Source: a virus. Taken from it: a stretch of DNA of 64,000 bases. Positions 62,116-64,000 of the stretch are shown here, one piece after another (the stretch's first letter is position 1; each line of letters starts with the position of its first letter). The translations under genes were made by a program, and so were the position numbers. The stretch lies in IMG/VR virus record IMGVR_UViG_3300011417_000001. One strand, 5' to 3'. The notes beneath the pieces are model-generated. The model was not told the origin of the DNA. It saw only the letters and a program-made list of their open reading frames with translations, and did no database searches.

Positions 62116-62325
62116 TTATTCTTCTTCCACTTCAATATCCCTCCACTCTTGACATCCATCATTAGACTGCCACCTTTGTTGTAATGTTCTCTGGGTAGCA
62201 TCATGCTTAAAAACTTTCCATCTAAATATGGCGGTTGGTGTCCATGATTTTATGTTGGCGATATCAAGAGTAATAGTATCGGGTTGTTCTTCCATAAGTG
62301 TATATTTTTTAAAGTTTGGAAACAT
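62116..62325 (-). CDS. Hypothetical protein
   Basis: 69-aa ORF. Confidence 0.35.
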   Translation of the reverse strand: MFPNFKKYTLMEEQPDTITLDIANIKSWTPTAIFRWKVFKHDATQRTLQQRWQSNDGCQEWRDIEVEEE

Positions 62326-62924
62326 TAAAATGTTATTGCTATCCCGCCTATGGGAGTTGAGTTTAAGAAATTATATCCGATTAAAAATTGTCTTTTCTTT
62401 TTGTCATTGTAAATTACTAACGGTGAGGCTAAATCTTTTCCGAATATTGCGCCTACTCCAAGTGTTCGTTTTGCTGATGGCATCCGAATCTCTTTTAAAT
62501 TGTGTCGCCATGTGATGCTTACCGAATCGGAGTACCCCACAACCTTTTCCATAACTTTGATGCTAATGAGGCTATCTCCTGCGCTGTACGAATAATTACG
62601 TACCCGCATAAGGCTATCAAGTAAATTATCGCTGCTAAGAATCTCAATATCCATGTCCACGCTATCTCTATGGCTGTTCCAAACTTCCCTAAGACTGTCG
62701 AAGTTGATTTTTTTATCACGGTATATAATTTTGAGAACTTTAATCGGGTCTGCCGCCTCTGTTGCAACCGGCTTCTGATTTGTAAATGTCGAGCTATGCG
62801 TTGACGTGTCTGCTCGTTGAAGTATCGCACCCTCGTTGCCATCTCCCTTATTGCATTTTATCTCCCATATTATCATTAACAGGATGCCAACTACTATTCC
62901 GATAAGAATTTGTTGCCATTTCAT
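62325..62924 (-). CDS. N-terminally membrane-anchored protein (lysis-cassette position)
   Basis: Transmembrane segment ILIGIVVGILLMIIW at the N-terminus. Confidence 0.4.
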   Translation of the reverse strand: MKWQQILIGIVVGILLMIIWEIKCNKGDGNEGAILQRADTSTHSSTFTNQKPVATEAADPIKVLKIIYRDKKINFDSLREVWNSHRDSVDMDIEILSSDNLLDSLMRVRNYSYSAGDSLISIKVMEKVVGYSDSVSITWRHNLKEIRMPSAKRTLGVGAIFGKDLASPLVIYNDKKKRQFLIGYNFLNSTPIGGIAITF

Positions 62925-63034
62925 CTAATAACAATAATGAATATACGCTCCTATTAATGAACACATCGCTACAAATAAGATTACTTCAATCAGGTGTATT
63001 ACCCACATCTTTGGTCGCCAGCCGCTTGGTGCGC

Positions 63035-63283
63035 TCATTCCTCAAACAGAATTTTAATCGTGTACTCCACATCGTTTTCAAAAACTTTTACATACAGCCC
63101 CTCACCTAATGCTTCCCAATCCGTTGTTAGCTCCTCTCTGTCCTCTGCATTTAATTCGCTTTCTAAAACAGTGTAGGACAAGTTCTGTTCCGTGTCGCCC
63201 CGCTTTATGCGGTCTGATATGTATTCTTTGGCTTCGGTAAATGTCATTAGTGTGTTGACTTGTACCGCAACGTCATCACCCAA
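63035..63283 (-). CDS. Hypothetical acidic protein
   Basis: 82-aa ORF. Confidence 0.35.
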   Translation of the reverse strand: MGDDVAVQVNTLMTFTEAKEYISDRIKRGDTEQNLSYTVLESELNAEDREELTTDWEALGEGLYVKVFENDVEYTIKILFEE

Positions 63284-63558
63284 TCAATAAGCAGGTTCGG
63301 GGCGGTGGCGATAAAGGCAAGTGTCGCAAATTGTACTGTGCCTGCCGATGTGCTGTTATACAAGTAGAAGAAACCCGTTGATACAATCAGGTTGAACCAG
63401 TTTTCGTTTATCCACCGCTTCCAGTCAAAGGCGGTGCTGTCCGATTTTGTGCGGAACTCGGCAGTGTAGTAGATTGCCATTATAATCAGAAATGTCATCC
63501 ATGATGCAACGCTGAATGAGGCGTAGGTTGAGGTAAGAAGGTTTGTTAGGAAATCCAT
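63247..63558 (-). CDS. Holin candidate (three predicted transmembrane segments)
   Basis: SFSVASWMTFLIIMAIYY, WFNLIVSTGFFYLY and FATLAFIATAPNLLIDWV. It is the first gene of the operon that ends with the endolysin. Confidence 0.4.
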   Translation of the reverse strand: MDFLTNLLTSTYASFSVASWMTFLIIMAIYYTAEFRTKSDSTAFDWKRWINENWFNLIVSTGFFYLYNSTSAGTVQFATLAFIATAPNLLIDWVMTLRYKSTH

Positions 63559-63665
63559 ATTTTTATGTTTTTATTTTTGCGCCAATTTAAGTATTTGATG
63601 TTTGTGAATTACGGGGTTTGAAACATTTTATTAACAACATTGTTTAAAACTTTTTATTATTTATT

Positions 63666-63696
63666 TTTGTATTATTAGATTATTGTATTATATTTG
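63666..63696 (+). promoter_or_regulatory. Strong Bacteroidota-type promoter (TTTG, 19 nt, TATATTTG)
   Basis: TTTG is at 63666-63669 and the -7 box at 63689-63696. Confidence 0.5.
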
Positions 63697-63701
63697 CAGC
63701 C

Positions 63702-64000
63702 ATAACGGTCAGAAAATTAATTCTCGTTTGGCTTTTTGCCTATAAAAAATCAGACGAGAAAAAAGACAAATGGAATTTAATTTTTATGTTATAAGATGAA
63801 AATTTTGGGGATTCGATGTAAAGAGCCGAGTAAAGTAGGTCGGACAACTAAGAGTAATGAAAAGGTAAGGGGTTGCTGTAACGAAAGTTGCACACTGCAA
63901 ACCGAAGTAACAAATGATGTTGTGGGCTGGTTCGGAATAATAAGTTGGATGCCCCAAAATTATTTGAGCGATGGCAAGAGATAATGCACCAATAAAAAAC
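63702..64000 (+). ncRNA. Promoter-driven structured leader or ncRNA candidate, truncated by the window end
   Basis: Helices at 63722-63728/63757-63763 (TTCTCGT/ACGAGAA) and 63803-63810/63952-63959 (TTTTGGGG/CCCCAAAA). The only ORF here (63796-63984) has an implausible composition. Confidence 0.25.

Noticed and set aside
63803-63959. GGGGATTCGATG, closed by a distal CCCCAAAA, is reminiscent of a tmRNA 5' end (GGGG...GGAUUCGAC).
   Set aside because: The enclosed segment is only about 150 nt. There is no T-arm next to the 3' strand, no CCA-adjacent acceptor geometry and no tag reading frame. It is kept only as a generic structured-RNA candidate.
63796-63984. The 62-aa ORF at the right end of the window.
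   Set aside because: Its composition is implausible for a protein. It coincides with strong RNA helices downstream of a promoter, so it is treated as non-coding.
1-64000. A window-wide search for CRISPR repeats, reverse transcriptase (YxDD) genes for retrons or DGRs, rRNA and tRNA genes, and toxin-antitoxin pairs.
   Set aside because: No regularly spaced direct repeats and no RT motif appear in any listed ORF. No cloverleaf or rRNA-like sequence was recognised. The small RHH-like ORFs (2585-2764 and 52192-52353) have no adjacent toxin-like partner that I could identify.

Overview
The whole 64-kb window reads as a tightly packed tailed-phage or prophage genome. No rRNA, tRNA, CRISPR array or reverse transcriptase was recognised. 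All calls come from reading motifs in the supplied translations and the DNA, and no database search was run.

The host is probably Bacteroidota. Most intergenic regions carry the Bacteroidota sigma-A promoter pattern (TTG, then 19-20 nt, then TAnnTTTG), and Shine-Dalgarno sequences are absent.

Layout from left to right:
- 1-5 kb, + strand: an orphan C5 DNA methyltransferase, an ASCH protein, small ORFs and a tyrosine integrase.
- 5-33.4 kb, - strand: one long late region. In transcription order it holds TerS, TerL, a tail block with a tape measure, a GT8-like glycosyltransferase, then portal, MuF-like, scaffold and capsid genes. These are followed by Cys-rich structural proteins, two fibre or spike genes, and membrane cargo (lipoprotein, lom-like beta-barrel, PAS protein).
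- 34.4-41.2 kb, - strand: an unusual cluster of at least four glycosyltransferase-like genes and two SAM methyltransferases.
- 41.4-48.7 kb: an island that looks AT-rich by eye. It holds an ABC-type ATPase, an unknown ORF and a ClpP-fold peptidase in one operon, next to an HTH gene and an IS1595-type transposase.
- 48.7-56.9 kb, - strand: early and replication-type small genes, including DUF1064, an RHH protein, a DnaA-domain-IV-like protein and an HNH homing endonuclease.
- 57.1-61.3 kb, + strand: a module with a PD-(D/E)XK nuclease and an SSB-like protein.
- 61.5-63.6 kb, - strand: a lysis cassette with an M15 endolysin.

The observations most worth a second look:
- The ATPase / unknown / ClpP-fold trio is a candidate defence module.
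- A roughly 600-nt region (52.43-53.03 kb) is closed in all six frames, is promoter-driven, and carries repeated ACAGCAA motifs and many helices.
- A U UUU UUU slippery run opens a 99-codon -1 frame that exactly fills an otherwise unexplained gap.
- A paralogous Cys-rich domain is separated from its upstream gene by a single in-frame TAA.
- An HNH endonuclease carries a diverged copy of its neighbour's N-terminus.
- The portal-position protein contains a DnaJ-type CxxCxGxG zinc finger.
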